DNA of 64,000 nucleotides from Mycobacteriales bacterium (GTDB taxonomy: Bacteria; Actinomycetota; Actinomycetes; Mycobacteriales; SCTD01), in assembly GCA_040902655.1 (NCBI GenBank), contig JBBDWV010000049.1:20926-84925 (forward strand), written 5' to 3'. The notes under the pieces were generated by a model. That model was given only the letters and a program-made list of their open reading frames with translations. It had not been told where the DNA came from and ran no database searches. Both the position numbers and the translations under genes were made by a program. This document shows positions 28,833-38,614 of the stretch, one piece after another; position 1 is the stretch's first letter, and each line of letters opens with the position of its first letter.

Positions 28833-30059
28833 GTGCCCGAAGCCGTCATCGTCGCGACCGCCCGCTCACCCATCGGCCGCGCCTTCAAGGGCTCGCTCAA
28901 GGACGTCCGCCCGGACGACCTGGCGGCCAGCATCATCCAGGCGGCCCTGGCCAAGGTGCCCGCGCTCGACCCGCGCGAGATCGACGACCTGATGCTCGGC
29001 TGTGGCCTGCCCGGTGGGGAGCAGGGCATGAACATGGGCCGGGTCGTGGCGACGCTGCTCGGCTTCGACCACCTGCCCGGCACCACCATCACCCGCTACT
29101 GCTCGTCCTCGCTGCAGACCACCCGGATGGCGCTGCACGCCATCAAGGCGGGCGAGGGCGACGTCTTCATCTCCGCCGGTGTCGAGACGGTCAGCCGCTT
29201 CCTCAAGGGCAACAGCGACATGATTGCGGGCCAGGAGCTCACCAACCCGGTCTTCGCCGAGGCCCAGGCCCGGACGGCCGACCGCCAGGCCAGCGGCGCC
29301 GAGGACTGGAGCGACCCGCGCGAGAACGGCCAGCTCCCGGATGTCTACATCGCGATGGGTGAGACGGCCGAGAACGTCGCCCGCCTCGAGGGCGTCACGC
29401 GCGAGGAGATGGACGAGTTCGCGGCCCGCTCGCAGCAGCTCGCGGAGAAGGCCATCGCGAACGGCTTCTTCGAGCGCGAGATCACGCCGGTCACCACCCC
29501 CGACGGCACCGTCGTCAGCACCGACGACGGCCCCCGCGCCGGCACCACCGTCGAGGCGCTGGCCGGCCTCGAGCCGGTCTTCCGCCCCAACGGCCTGATC
29601 ACCGCCGGCAACGCCTGCCCGCTCAACGACGGCGCGTCCGCCGTGATCATCATGAGCGACACCAAGGCCGAGGAGCTCGGCCTGACCCCGCTCGCCCGCA
29701 TCGTCAGCACCTCGGTCACCGGCCTGTCGCCCGAGATCATGGGTCTGGGCCCGGTCGAGGCGATCCGCAAAGCCCTCGCGCTGGCCGGCAAGAGCGTCGA
29801 CGACATCGACCTGTTCGAGATCAACGAGGCCTTCGCCGCGCAGGTCATCCCCTCCTACAAGAAGGTGGGCATCCCGCTCGACAAGCTCAACATCAGCGGT
29901 GGCGCCATCGCCCTGGGCCATCCCTTCGGCTCCACCGGGGCCCGCATCACCAACACCCTGCTGAACAACCTGCAGACGCAGGACAAGACGTGGGGCGTCG
30001 AGTCCATGTGCGTCGGCGGCGGCATGGGCATGGCGATGGTCGTCGAGCGCCTGAGCTGA
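28833..30059 (+). CDS. acetyl-CoA C-acyltransferase (thiolase)
   Basis: GTG 28833 has AGGAG 6 nt upstream. VIVATARSPIGRAFKGSL, active-site RYCSSSLQ, and C-terminal NISGGAIALGHPFGSTGAR..CVGGGMG. Confidence 0.95.
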   Translation: MPEAVIVATARSPIGRAFKGSLKDVRPDDLAASIIQAALAKVPALDPREIDDLMLGCGLPGGEQGMNMGRVVATLLGFDHLPGTTITRYCSSSLQTTRMALHAIKAGEGDVFISAGVETVSRFLKGNSDMIAGQELTNPVFAEAQARTADRQASGAEDWSDPRENGQLPDVYIAMGETAENVARLEGVTREEMDEFAARSQQLAEKAIANGFFEREITPVTTPDGTVVSTDDGPRAGTTVEALAGLEPVFRPNGLITAGNACPLNDGASAVIIMSDTKAEELGLTPLARIVSTSVTGLSPEIMGLGPVEAIRKALALAGKSVDDIDLFEINEAFAAQVIPSYKKVGIPLDKLNISGGAIALGHPFGSTGARITNTLLNNLQTQDKTWGVESMCVGGGMGMAMVVERLS

Positions 30060-30101
30060 TTTCTCGTACGCCGGGCTGGTTTCTGGTACGCCGCTAAGGC
30101 G

Positions 30102-30120
30102 GGTCCCGGACTCCGGGACC
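30102..30120. terminator. GC hairpin between convergent thiolase and protease genes
   Basis: ggtcccgga-c-tccgggacc is a near-perfect palindrome. No U-tract. It sits 43 nt after the thiolase stop and 43 nt after the protease stop. Confidence 0.5.
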
Positions 30121-30147
30121 GGCCTTCGGTCGGGTGGAAGGCGCAGT

Positions 30148-30179
30148 TACCCGAGCAGGCCGCTACCCGAGCAGGCCGC
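30148..30179. repeat. perfect 16-bp tandem duplication (tacccgagcaggccgc x2) spanning the protease stop codon
   Basis: Read directly. The junction creates the TAG stop in use. The second copy carries the presumably ancestral GGG-TAA ending. Confidence 0.9.
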
Positions 30180-30993
30180 GCAAAATCGAGCCACCGCCGC
30201 GGAAGGTACCGCCGCGCTTCAGCTGGACCTTCACGCCGCCCTTGTTGTTGGCGTAGGCCAGCGCCCTGCCGAGGTCGCTCACGTTGTTGCTCCCCGCGAC
30301 AGGGGCGATAGCCAGCGTGGACAGGACACCGAGCGCCCGGCCCTGCGCATCGACGAAGGGGCTGCCGGAGTCACCGGGGATGCCCGGCGTCGCGGTGTAG
30401 ACGGCATGCATCCAGCCGCCGCCGGAGGTCCCCAGGCTGAGGCCCTCCTTGGGCGACAGCCGGGAGATGCCGAACCGGAGGCTGGAGTTGCCGTAGGAAT
30501 AGACGCTCGCACCGAAGCGGGTGCCGGCGGTGTTGATCCCCGTCGGCCCACCCAGCACGGGGATCGAGGGGCTGACGCGGCGGGCGTCCGCCCGGTCCAA
30601 CCGGAGCAGGGCGAAGTCGTTGTAGGCACAGGCGTTGGCATCCTTCTCGCCGCGGGCCCGCATGGTGAGCCACGAGTTGTAGACCATCGTGGCCGGTCGC
30701 GTCGCGCCGTCGACCGTCACCTTCGTGCCCAGCGGCAGGGACTTCGCGCGGCAGCCGTTGGTCTCGGTGCTGCCGCCGGTGCCCGAGCAGTGCGCGGCCT
30801 GGCCGATGTAGGTGTCGGTCCGGTCGGTGAAGACGAAGTTGGCGGTGCACTGCGCGCCGGCGGTGTAGGTCTGCACGCCGGGGTGGATCGTCGGGCCGGT
30901 GTGGGCGGCACTGGCGGGCGCCGCCGCCACGAGGCTGCCGAAGGTGAGGGCGGCGGCGGCAACGCCGGCGAACAGGCGGGGGCTGGGCGTCAT
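30163..30993 (-). CDS. secreted S1-family (chymotrypsin/alpha-lytic-like) serine protease
   Basis: Signal peptide ending APASA. Catalytic blocks GQAAHC (His), YNDFALL (Asp) and GIPGDSGSPF (Ser). Confidence 0.85.
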   Translation of the reverse strand: MTPSPRLFAGVAAAALTFGSLVAAAPASAAHTGPTIHPGVQTYTAGAQCTANFVFTDRTDTYIGQAAHCSGTGGSTETNGCRAKSLPLGTKVTVDGATRPATMVYNSWLTMRARGEKDANACAYNDFALLRLDRADARRVSPSIPVLGGPTGINTAGTRFGASVYSYGNSSLRFGISRLSPKEGLSLGTSGGGWMHAVYTATPGIPGDSGSPFVDAQGRALGVLSTLAIAPVAGSNNVSDLGRALAYANNKGGVKVQLKRGGTFRGGGSILRGLLG

Positions 30994-31041
30994 GCGTCCT
31001 CCAGGATGCGGAGCGCCCGAGGGGGGCCCTCATCAACAGGC

Positions 31042-31533
31042 TCAACGTTCGCGGCGGCGAATCGTTGCGGCGCAGGCGAGATGTCCGTGGGCCACCGGAT
31101 CGTCCAGGCCCAGCCCGGCGGCCAGGCCGGGTGGGACGGCCTCACCCAGCAGGTCCGCCCGGTGCGCCAGCAGGTGGGCCGTGGCGTCGCGGGCGACCTC
31201 GGCCGCGGGCTGCGCGCGGACCAGGTCGTCCGCCGTGACGGCCAGCTGGTCGGGCAGGCCGAGGTCGCTGTCCAGGCGCGGCAGCCGGCGCTGCGCCCCG
31301 CCCTCGAGGTCGGCGACCAGGCCGGCCAGGACCTGCGCCAGGTGGTGGACCAGATCACCGCGGGTGCCGTACGGAGCGGCCGCGGCCGCCCACCGTGCGG
31401 GCGTCCACAGCCGCAGCCGCTGCACGAACGAGCGGCTCTCGCGATGCAGCAGCGCGAGCGCGTCCTGCGGCCCCGGAGGGTCGGGCGGGAAGTTGTGCGG
31501 GGGGTCGGGCGGGAGGTCGTGCGGGAGGGGCAC
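31042..31533 (-). CDS. hypothetical protein (helical, His-containing; possibly DinB/MDMPI-like)
   Basis: Very high third-position GC in this frame. GTG 31533 chosen, but the start is uncertain (another GTG lies at 31425). The N-terminus carries a duplicated PPDPPH segment. Confidence 0.5.
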   Translation of the reverse strand: MPLPHDLPPDPPHNFPPDPPGPQDALALLHRESRSFVQRLRLWTPARWAAAAAPYGTRGDLVHHLAQVLAGLVADLEGGAQRRLPRLDSDLGLPDQLAVTADDLVRAQPAAEVARDATAHLLAHRADLLGEAVPPGLAAGLGLDDPVAHGHLACAATIRRRER

Positions 31534-31610
31534 CCGGCGGAGGCTACCGTCGGCGCAACGACGCCGGGCCGCCACCCACGAGGGTGACGGCCCGGCGTAC
31601 GCCTTGGCTG

Positions 31611-32399
31611 CTAGTCGTTGCCCTGGAGGTAGGACAGCAGGCGGAGGATGTTGAGGTAGAGGAAGACCAGTCCGACGATCAGGCCGAAGCCCACCCGCCA
31701 GGACTCCTTCTCGGCCACGCCCGTGGCGACCATCCGGTCGGCCTGGTCGAAGTCGAGCACGAAGGTGAGGGCGCCGAAGGTGATCAGGCCGAGGGTGAAC
31801 AGGATCGCGATCGGCCCGCCGGTGGTCAGACCCAGCGCGTCGCCGGCGCCGAAGGCGTTGGCCAGGATGTTGAGGAAGAAGACGGCCACCATGCCGACCA
31901 GGCCGAAGGTGACGACCTTGGCGAACTTCGGCGTCGCCCGGAGCTTGCCGCTCTTGTAGCCGAACAGCACCGCACCGAAGACGGCGGCTGTGCCGATGAC
32001 CGCCTGTACGACGATGCCGCGGTACTGGCCCTCGTAGCTGGCGCTGATGACGCCGAGGAACACGCCCTGTGCGCCGGCGTAGGCCATCACCAGGCCGGGG
32101 CTGACCGACTTCTTGAAGATGTTGACCATCGCGAGGGCGAAGCCGACGAGACCGGCGAGCAGCGCGAGGCCGATCGGCACCTGGAGGTACCACGACGCGG
32201 CACCGACGCCGACCACGATCGAGAGCAGGATGCCGGTCTTGACGATGACGTCGTCCATCGTCATGCGCTGCGGCGTGTCGTAGATCGCCGCGACGTCGTC
32301 GGGGGACGGGGCCGGCGTGTGGAAGCCGACACCCTGGGAAGCGGTGCGCAGCGGCTCGCTGCGCGCGAAGACGGGGTTACTGGACTCCATGCTGCGCAT
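31611..32399 (-). CDS. Bax inhibitor-1/YccA-family membrane protein
   Basis: ORF trimmed to ATG 32399 (MRSMESSNPVF). Seven hydrophobic helices. The ending FLYLNILRLLSYL is typical of the family. Confidence 0.8.
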   Translation of the reverse strand: MRSMESSNPVFARSEPLRTASQGVGFHTPAPSPDDVAAIYDTPQRMTMDDVIVKTGILLSIVVGVGAASWYLQVPIGLALLAGLVGFALAMVNIFKKSVSPGLVMAYAGAQGVFLGVISASYEGQYRGIVVQAVIGTAAVFGAVLFGYKSGKLRATPKFAKVVTFGLVGMVAVFFLNILANAFGAGDALGLTTGGPIAILFTLGLITFGALTFVLDFDQADRMVATGVAEKESWRVGFGLIVGLVFLYLNILRLLSYLQGND

Positions 32400-32499
32400 C
32401 TGCGTGCTCTCCTCTGCGCGACCCTCGGGCGGGGCCGTGCGCTGGGTACAACGTACGCGGTCCGGGTTCTGTGCCCGGCCCGAACGCAGCGGCTCGCGG

Positions 32500-32576
32500 T
32501 GCCCCCGGCGGGAGTCGAACCCGCAACTCAGCCGGTTTAAGCGGCTCGCCGCACTGCCAGATTGGGCTACGGGGGC
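32500..32576 (-). tRNA. tRNA with anticodon UAA (Leu codon UUA) but class-I architecture (5-nt variable loop)
   Basis: Hand fold of the minus strand: acceptor GCCCCCG/CGGGGGC, discriminator A. The D region GCCCAATCTGGCAGTGCGGC is 20 nt with a 3-bp stem. Anticodon arm AGCCG-CTTAAAC-CGGCT, variable GAGTT, T arm GCGGG-TTCGACT-CCCGC. No CCA is encoded. Confidence 0.75.
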
Positions 32577-32612
32577 GGCCACCTCACGGTACGTGCTGCA
32601 CGCCAGGGGGGC

Positions 32613-33398
32613 TCAGCCCACGCCGGCGAGCCCCTTCGCCCGGGTGAAGACGGCATCCAGCATGGGCTCGGTCAGCCGGCCGGTGAAGGTGTTCTGCTGG
32701 CTGACGTGGAAGCAGCCGAGCACGGTCAGGCCGCTCGGCAGCGTCACCTCGGCGCCGTGCGCGAACTTCGGCACCGGCGCGGGCACCGCCTCCCCCGCGC
32801 CGCGCAGGGTCGGCCACAGCGCCGCCCAGCCGTAGCCGCCGAGCACCACCACCGCCCGCACCGTCGGCTGCAGGAACCGCCACTCCGCCGACAGCCACGA
32901 CGCACAGGTGTCCCGCTCCGCCGGCGTCGGCTTGTTCGCCGGCGGAGCACAGCGCACGGGCAGCGTGATCCGGATGTCGACCAGCGACTGCCCGTCGTAC
33001 GCGCTCGTGGAGGTGGGGGAGGCGGCCAGGCCGACCCGGTGCAGCGAAGCGAACAGCCAGTCCCCGCTGCGGTCGCCGGTGAAGATCCGGCCGGTGCGGT
33101 TGCCGCCGTGCGCGGCCGGCGCCAGCCCGACGGCGGCGATCCTCGCGTCCTGCGGCCCCCAACCGGTGACCGGCCGGCCCCAGTAGTCCTGGTCGGCGAA
33201 CGACGCGCGCCTGGCGGTCGCCACCTCCTCGCGCCAGGCGACCAGCCGCGGGCAGGCCCGGCAGACCGAGGAGCGGGCGTCCAGGTCCTCCAGCGATCGG
33301 GCGGTCGCTGCGAGACGCGCCACGTCACCCGGTTCGTGCGCCACCGGCGTCGCGGGCGTGGCACGGTCGCGCGGGTGGCCGCTGCCCGGCGGGATCAC
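32613..33398 (-). CDS. uracil-DNA glycosylase superfamily protein (family 5 UdgB-like)
   Basis: CRACPRLVAWRE (Fe-S Cys), GLAPAAHGGNRTGRIFTGD, and the C-terminal HVSQQN block. GTGA overlap with the ppx stop. Confidence 0.8.
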   Translation of the reverse strand: MIPPGSGHPRDRATPATPVAHEPGDVARLAATARSLEDLDARSSVCRACPRLVAWREEVATARRASFADQDYWGRPVTGWGPQDARIAAVGLAPAAHGGNRTGRIFTGDRSGDWLFASLHRVGLAASPTSTSAYDGQSLVDIRITLPVRCAPPANKPTPAERDTCASWLSAEWRFLQPTVRAVVVLGGYGWAALWPTLRGAGEAVPAPVPKFAHGAEVTLPSGLTVLGCFHVSQQNTFTGRLTEPMLDAVFTRAKGLAGVG

Positions 33399-34333
33399 GA
33401 GGCGGAGGCGCCAGGGATGCTCCAGGCGATGCCGTCGAGGATGTCGGCCTCGCTGACCAGCACCTCGGGCAGCCCGAGCCGGCCGACGAGGACGGCCAGG
33501 ATCAGCGCGCCGGCACCGATGACGTCCACCCGGCCGGGGTGCATGACCGGCAGCGCCGCGCGCTCCTGCCTCGTCATCGCGAGCAGCCGGTCCGCCACCG
33601 TGCGGATCTGGTCGGCGGACAGCCGCGAGAGGTGGATCCGGTCCGCGTCGTACGCCGGGAGGTCGAGGGCGAGCGCGGCCACCGTGGTGACCGACCCGGC
33701 CAGGCCCACGGCGGTGCGGGCCTGCTCGACCGGGACCACCTCCCGCACCAGGGCCAGCGCGGCGTCGATGTCGGCCATGGCGCCCGCCACCTGCTCTGTA
33801 CCCGGCGGGTCGGCGAGCAGGTGCCGTTCGGTCAGCCGGACGCAGCCGACGTCGACCGAACGGGCCGCCGCGACGGCCCCCCGCCCGTCGGCGACGGTCC
33901 CCAGCACCAGCTCGGTGGACCCGCCGCCGATGTCCATGACGAGGAACGGGCCGTCATCGGGATCGAGTCCGCGGGTGGCGCCGTCGAAGGACAACGCCGC
34001 CTCCTCGTCACCGCTGACGACCTCGGGCGGTGCGCCGAGGACGGCCAGCACCATGGCGTGGAAGTCCTCGCGGTTGCGCGCGTCGCGGGTCGCGCTGGTG
34101 GCGACCATCCGGGTCCGCTCCACCCCCAGCTCGCGGCAGACGCCGGCGTAGTCGCTCAGCGCGAGGCGGGTCCGCTCGAGCGCCTCGGGAGCCAGCTCGC
34201 CGGTGCGGTCGACGTCCTGGCCGAGCCGCACCACCCGCATCTCGCGATGCACGTCGACCTTGGCATGTCCGTCGACATCGGCGACCAGCAGCCGGAGGGA
34301 GTTGGTGCCGCAGTCGACGGCGGCGACCCTCAC
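33395..34333 (-). CDS. ppx: exopolyphosphatase / Ppx-GppA family phosphatase
   Basis: ORF trimmed to GTG 34333 (VRVAAVDCGTNSLRLLVADV). DIGGGSTE block. GTGA overlap with the DUF501 stop. Confidence 0.85.
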   Translation of the reverse strand: MRVAAVDCGTNSLRLLVADVDGHAKVDVHREMRVVRLGQDVDRTGELAPEALERTRLALSDYAGVCRELGVERTRMVATSATRDARNREDFHAMVLAVLGAPPEVVSGDEEAALSFDGATRGLDPDDGPFLVMDIGGGSTELVLGTVADGRGAVAAARSVDVGCVRLTERHLLADPPGTEQVAGAMADIDAALALVREVVPVEQARTAVGLAGSVTTVAALALDLPAYDADRIHLSRLSADQIRTVADRLLAMTRQERAALPVMHPGRVDVIGAGALILAVLVGRLGLPEVLVSEADILDGIAWSIPGASAS

Positions 34334-34857
34334 GAGGACCGGGTGTTCCTGCGCGAGACCGCAGCCGGGTCGTCGGGGTCCACGCACGGGCCCCTCACCC
34401 ACCATGGCGGCAGCTTCCCGAGCGCCTCGTCGCCGAAGGGATTGACGCCCTCGCCGACGGCCAGGCTGTGCGCGACCAGGACGTGCAGGCACTTCACCCG
34501 CACCGGCATGCCGCCCTGGGCGGGCACGTTCTCCAGCACCTCCAGGGCGTCGCGCCGCGCGACGTAGTCCGCCGCGGCCGCTTCGTAACGCGCCCGCAGC
34601 TCGGGGTCACCGGGCAGCCGGGCGGTCTGCTCCCTCATCAGCCCGTCTGCCTCGAGCGTCCCGATGGCCGAGGCCAGCCGTGGACACGTCAGGTAGTAGA
34701 GCGTGGGGAACGGCGTCCCGTCCTCCAGCCGCGGCCTGGTCTCGACGACGTCCGGCAACCCGCACGGACAGCGGTGCGCGACGCAGGTCATCGCCCGCGG
34801 GGTACGCCCGAGCTGGAGCCCGACCGCTGTGACGTCCCGCGGGTCGGGCGCGGTCAC
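34330..34857 (-). CDS. DUF501-domain protein
   Basis: CPCGLPDVVETRPRLEDGTPFPTLYYLTCPRL is the characteristic DUF501 block. It holds the conserved position between ftsB and ppx. Confidence 0.75.
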   Translation of the reverse strand: MTAPDPRDVTAVGLQLGRTPRAMTCVAHRCPCGLPDVVETRPRLEDGTPFPTLYYLTCPRLASAIGTLEADGLMREQTARLPGDPELRARYEAAAADYVARRDALEVLENVPAQGGMPVRVKCLHVLVAHSLAVGEGVNPFGDEALGKLPPWWVRGPCVDPDDPAAVSRRNTRSS

Positions 34858-35399
34858 GGCGCCGGGCTGGGTGCCGGCCGGTCGGCCGCCTGCACGCTGC
34901 CCCACAGCTGGGAGTACCAGGGCGCGCCCGCACCCTTGGCCCCCGCCCCGTCCGGCTGCTCGAGGGGGAGCTCCTCCGGCGCCAGCACGACGTACGCCGT
35001 CTCGCCGGGCAGGACGAAGTTCAGCCGGCGCCGGGCCTCGGCCGCGATGTAGGCCGGGTCCTCGAGCCGCCTGCGCTCGGCCTCCAGCGCGGCGATCCGC
35101 TCGCGCGCCGCGGCCTGGGATTGCTCGAGTTCGCCGATCTGCCCGCGCTGGGCGAGGTACTCGCGCAGCGGCAGCGCCGCGCTGACCAGCAGCCCGCAGA
35201 CGAGCAGCGCGAGGATGGCCGCCCTCGGGGTCAGTGCGCTGCGGCGGGGCAGACCCGGCTCCGGCCGGCCGGCGACCGACGGCACCCGCGGCACCTGCGG
35301 CGGGTCCGTCGGTCGGGCAGCACGCGCACCGGGCCTGACCGGGCGGCCTCCCGGCCGCGCCGGCCGGCGGCCTGCAGTCGGTCGGCGGGGCGGGCTCAT
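34854..35399 (-). CDS. ftsB: septum formation initiator (FtsB/DivIC-like)
   Basis: ORF trimmed to ATG 35399. Basic/Pro-rich N-terminus, one TM helix, and a coiled coil LREYLAQRGQIGELEQSQAAARERIAALEAERRRLEDPAYI. It lies directly downstream of eno. Confidence 0.75.
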   Translation of the reverse strand: MSPPRRPTAGRRPARPGGRPVRPGARAARPTDPPQVPRVPSVAGRPEPGLPRRSALTPRAAILALLVCGLLVSAALPLREYLAQRGQIGELEQSQAAARERIAALEAERRRLEDPAYIAAEARRRLNFVLPGETAYVVLAPEELPLEQPDGAGAKGAGAPWYSQLWGSVQAADRPAPSPAP

Positions 35400-35403
35400 C
35401 CGG

Positions 35404-36735
<1,332 letters not shown>

Positions 36736-36786
36736 CTATCCCCGAGACCTGCAGGCACCGCGCAGGCGGGCCGGACCCGGCCGGCG

Positions 36787-37362
36787 TCAGCCGCGCAGCA
36801 GCCGGGCCCCCCGCTCGATCCGGGCCGATCCGGACGGCGTGACGTAGAAGCCGCGGGCGCCGCCACCGAGCTGCTCCAGTGCGGAGCGCAGCGCCTGGTC
36901 GTCCGGCTCCCGACCGCGACCGAGGCAGAACCGGCTGAACTCCAGGCACGGTGCCGCGACGGCCGGCGCCGTCAGCTCCAGCAGCCCGCCGGCGGCGGTC
37001 TCGAGCCGGAGTGGTCCGGCGAGGTCGTCGAGCGTCCACGCGCGGTCGGTCTCGAGCAGCAGGCTCTCCGCTGCGGCCCCGTCGACGAGATGGTCCCCGA
37101 AGTGGCCCCGCAGCGTCGCGTAGTGCGCCCGCGGCAGGAGCGACAGCCCGTTGACGCCACGGTGACGGCTGTCCGGGTGGTCGGCGTGGTGCACATCGAG
37201 GACCGGCCCGGCGTCCGTCACGCCGACGACACCACGCGGACCCACGTCGAGCGCGTCGACCTCGAGCAGCGGCGTCGGGTCGTAGACGCGCACGTCCCTG
37301 GCCCCCGGCTTCAGGCGCGAGCGCTGCACCTGCAGCCGGACGACGGTGCCGAGCTGTTCCAT
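36787..37362 (-). CDS. MOSC-like beta-barrel domain protein
   Basis: ORF 36787..38349 trimmed to ATG 37362 (MEQLGTVVRLQVQRSRLKPG). His-rich loop HHADHPDSRH and the conserved-looking Cys segment APCLEFSRFC. The family call is from memory. Confidence 0.5.
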   Translation of the reverse strand: MEQLGTVVRLQVQRSRLKPGARDVRVYDPTPLLEVDALDVGPRGVVGVTDAGPVLDVHHADHPDSRHRGVNGLSLLPRAHYATLRGHFGDHLVDGAAAESLLLETDRAWTLDDLAGPLRLETAAGGLLELTAPAVAAPCLEFSRFCLGRGREPDDQALRSALEQLGGGARGFYVTPSGSARIERGARLLRG

Positions 37363-37390
37363 GCCGCCATGGTGGCATCGCGGGCCGGCT

Positions 37391-38593
37391 TCAGCGGCGT
37401 CGCTGGCGGATCCAGTCGCCGAGCATCGGGTCGACCAGTCGGCGCCGCGCCCCGCCACGCGGACCGGTCCGGGCTTCGTCCAGCTCGATGAGCCCTGAGC
37501 GCAGCAGCGATGTCTCGGCGGCCTGGCGGGCGGAGCGCGGTACGCCGGTGTCGCCGGCGGCGGCCACGGTGGCGGAGCCGTGGTGCGCGACGGCACGCAG
37601 TGCCACCTGCTGGTTGCGGCTGAGCGAGGTCCAGATCCCGGCCATCTCGTCGAAGACCCAGGTGCGGGCGACCCGAACGGCCGCCTCCCACGTCTGCTCG
37701 TCGGCGACCGCACCCGCCGGCGTCTGCTCCCACAGCAGGTGTGCGAGGAACATGGCGCGCTGCGGGTGCCCGTCGGCCAGGGCGAGCAGTGACGACAGGG
37801 CGGTGCCTGCCTGTCGGCCGGTTCGCTCGAAGTGCCCGGCGAACGCGTCGGCGAGGGCCGCCCCGGCCAGCCGCCCCAGCGGGACCCGCAGGACCTGGTT
37901 GTAGAAGGCCCTACCGCTGTCGGAGAACGCTGCCTCGAGCAGGTGCGGCTGGCTGCCGGCGAACACATAGGAGGCGCTGCCCAGCTGCTGCTGGACGTGT
38001 CCGCGCAGCACGCCTTCACCGTGCGGCCATGCCTGGTGCAACGCCTGGAACTCGTCCAGCACCACCAGCACCGGCCGGTCCACCTGCCGGGGCAGGTCGA
38101 GGACCGCGTGCAGGACCGAACCTGCATCCTGGTCCCGCGCAAAGCTGACCTGCACACCCACGCCGGCCACCGTGACGCCGAGGGTCGACAGGCCGGCCAG
38201 GACGCGCTGCACAGCTCCGCGGAGCCGGCGGTCGGGCTCGGTGGCCTGCCGCCACGCGGTGGCGTACCTCGTCGCGAAGTCGGCAGGGCCGTCGAGCCCG
38301 AGCAGATCGACGCTCGCGACCACACAGCCCTCGGCTTCGAGACGGGCACCGACGGCCTTGAGCAGGCTGGTCTTGCCGTACCGGCGGGGCGCCGCGATGC
38401 TCATGGCCCGCCCGGCCCGCGCGTCATCGACCACCTGCGCGGTCTCCCGCTCCCGGCCGATGAGGTCGTCGGGCTCGACGGGGCCTTCGAACCGAAAAGG
38501 GCTCACCTGCGGAGCGGGTGCTCGTCCTGACCGGGCCACGACCCCTCCATGTACGGGAGAAACATACATCGACTGTACGTAACCAACGTACAT
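37391..38593 (-). CDS. AAA ATPase of the Arch_ATPase/ATPase_2 type with C-terminal winged-helix-like region
   Basis: LIGRERE, Walker A APRRYGKTSLL, Walker B VLVVLDEFQ. The C-terminal LSRNQQVALRAVA...LLRSGLIE is wHTH-like. The start is ambiguous (ATG 38593 or 38569). Confidence 0.7.
   Translation of the reverse strand: MYVGYVQSMYVSPVHGGVVARSGRAPAPQVSPFRFEGPVEPDDLIGRERETAQVVDDARAGRAMSIAAPRRYGKTSLLKAVGARLEAEGCVVASVDLLGLDGPADFATRYATAWRQATEPDRRLRGAVQRVLAGLSTLGVTVAGVGVQVSFARDQDAGSVLHAVLDLPRQVDRPVLVVLDEFQALHQAWPHGEGVLRGHVQQQLGSASYVFAGSQPHLLEAAFSDSGRAFYNQVLRVPLGRLAGAALADAFAGHFERTGRQAGTALSSLLALADGHPQRAMFLAHLLWEQTPAGAVADEQTWEAAVRVARTWVFDEMAGIWTSLSRNQQVALRAVAHHGSATVAAAGDTGVPRSARQAAETSLLRSGLIELDEARTGPRGGARRRLVDPMLGDWIRQRRR
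38574..38592. promoter_or_regulatory. palindrome TGTACGT-N5-ACGTACA overlapping the ATPase 5' end (candidate operator)
   Basis: Read directly. It sits in a locally AT-rich stretch of about 70 nt (roughly 50% GC by eye). Confidence 0.4.
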
Positions 38594-38614
38594 CGTCGGC
38601 TACCAATCGGTCGC

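Noticed and set aside
30990-31358. Alternative minus-strand ORF (122 aa, MIWSTTWRRSW...) overlapping the 31042-31533 call.
   Set aside because: - It is Trp/Arg/Ser/Pro-rich and out of frame.
- The 31042-31533 frame has the strong third-position GC bias and a plausible helical protein sequence.
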